Shown one piece after another: positions 63,017 to 64,000 of a stretch of 64,000 bases of DNA (position 1 is its first letter; each line of letters opens with the position of its first letter). The notes below the pieces were generated by a model, which made no database searches, was not told the origin of the DNA, and saw only the letters and a program-made list of their open reading frames with translations. The position numbers and the translations under genes are program-made. This DNA is from Octopus bimaculoides (taxonomy: Eukaryota): NCBI RefSeq assembly GCF_001194135.2, contig NC_068982.1, positions 141,917,069-141,981,068 of the forward strand, written 5' to 3'.

Positions 63017-64000
63017 TGTACCTCACCACATTGTACCAGCACATCGAAGCATTCTCATAAATTTGAACAATTATACTAACCATACGATAAACTAAGGATG
63101 TTTTTGACATAAAAGAATTACTTCATCCGCCAGCGACATTAGAAAAGCAGTTGATTCTTACATGATTTATTCTTGTGACACAATTCAAAATACAGTATTT
63201 AGTATGACAAACAAATTGCATGCCACGAATTACAGAAGGTCACAGTCTCTATAATTGTACTATAAAATAAACTAAGATGAAAGTCAATTTATTTCAGGCT
63301 TTAATCCATTGAAAGATCTGCTGACGACTACTTTTAGACGGCAGAGATAATGGTATACAAGGTTATTTTTAGTTTTCTGTCAGTTAGTAATTCCTGTATT
63401 TCCTAGAGATTAATCTATTTCTATTGTTATTGTAATATAGCAAATTTACATATCACTACAGTTTATTATTGCATTTTACATCCACCAAACAAATGGTAAA
63501 TAGCATTCGTACAATATTACCAGAAGGATGATAACTTTATATAAATTAAAGTGCAATTTATACGATGTAAAATATGCCATTGATTTATATTTTTATTATG
63601 AGAATTGTTTGGAGGACATAGCGTTTCTCTTGTCTTCGTAAAGTTGCTGCAATAACAATGTCGCTCAACCGGTCCATGCCGACAGCGGCGGGCAAAATAT
63701 TAGAGCAATGGAAATACTGTTCTGGAAAATAATAGAAAAGCACAGTGGTATGTGTTGGGAAGGAGTTTATTGCCATGGATAATGTGAGGATAATTTATGA
63801 CAAAGTAAAGATTGGCTGATGGAGGTGCACGGTAAAAGCTATGTCAGATAAGATTTTCCGATTATACCGTACGAAAAATACATTGAAGGATAAGGTAGTA
63901 CAGACTAATCGAGATGCTGCTGGGTATATTTGAATTATAGATATGATGGCAATAGATTAAGTGGTAAATAAGAATTGTACATGGTACAGAGAACGATACA

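Overview
AT-rich, microsatellite-dense eukaryotic DNA with eight assembly gaps (about 4 kb of N). I could not identify any intact host protein-coding gene, rRNA or CRISPR array; the long ORFs in the track are artefacts of N-runs and simple repeats. The repeat repertoire looks like an octopod cephalopod genome (inference from remembered Octopus repeats, not a database search). The window is a graveyard of mobile elements. It holds more than 20 copies of one tRNA-headed SINE family with three alternative 3' tails, two further SINE families, and L1/Tx1, R4/Dong-like, HERO-like and RTE-like LINE remnants. It also holds a full-length decayed Tc1, three mariner-type remnants, a TTAA-flanked long-TIR foldback element and a probable solo LTR. 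The most interesting signal is three different Penelope-like element (PLE) 3' ends, each with a GIY-YIG endonuclease remnant followed by a hammerhead-ribozyme (HHR) motif. One motif is an essentially intact minimal type I HHR (60515-60560), one has a long stem II (32786-32872), and one carries a non-canonical CUGUCGA core shared by two independent copies (37521-37557, 53760-53795). A few splice-site-bounded open segments may be exons of an unidentified host gene, but support is weak. All translations and alignments were done by eye, so boundaries of decayed elements are approximate.
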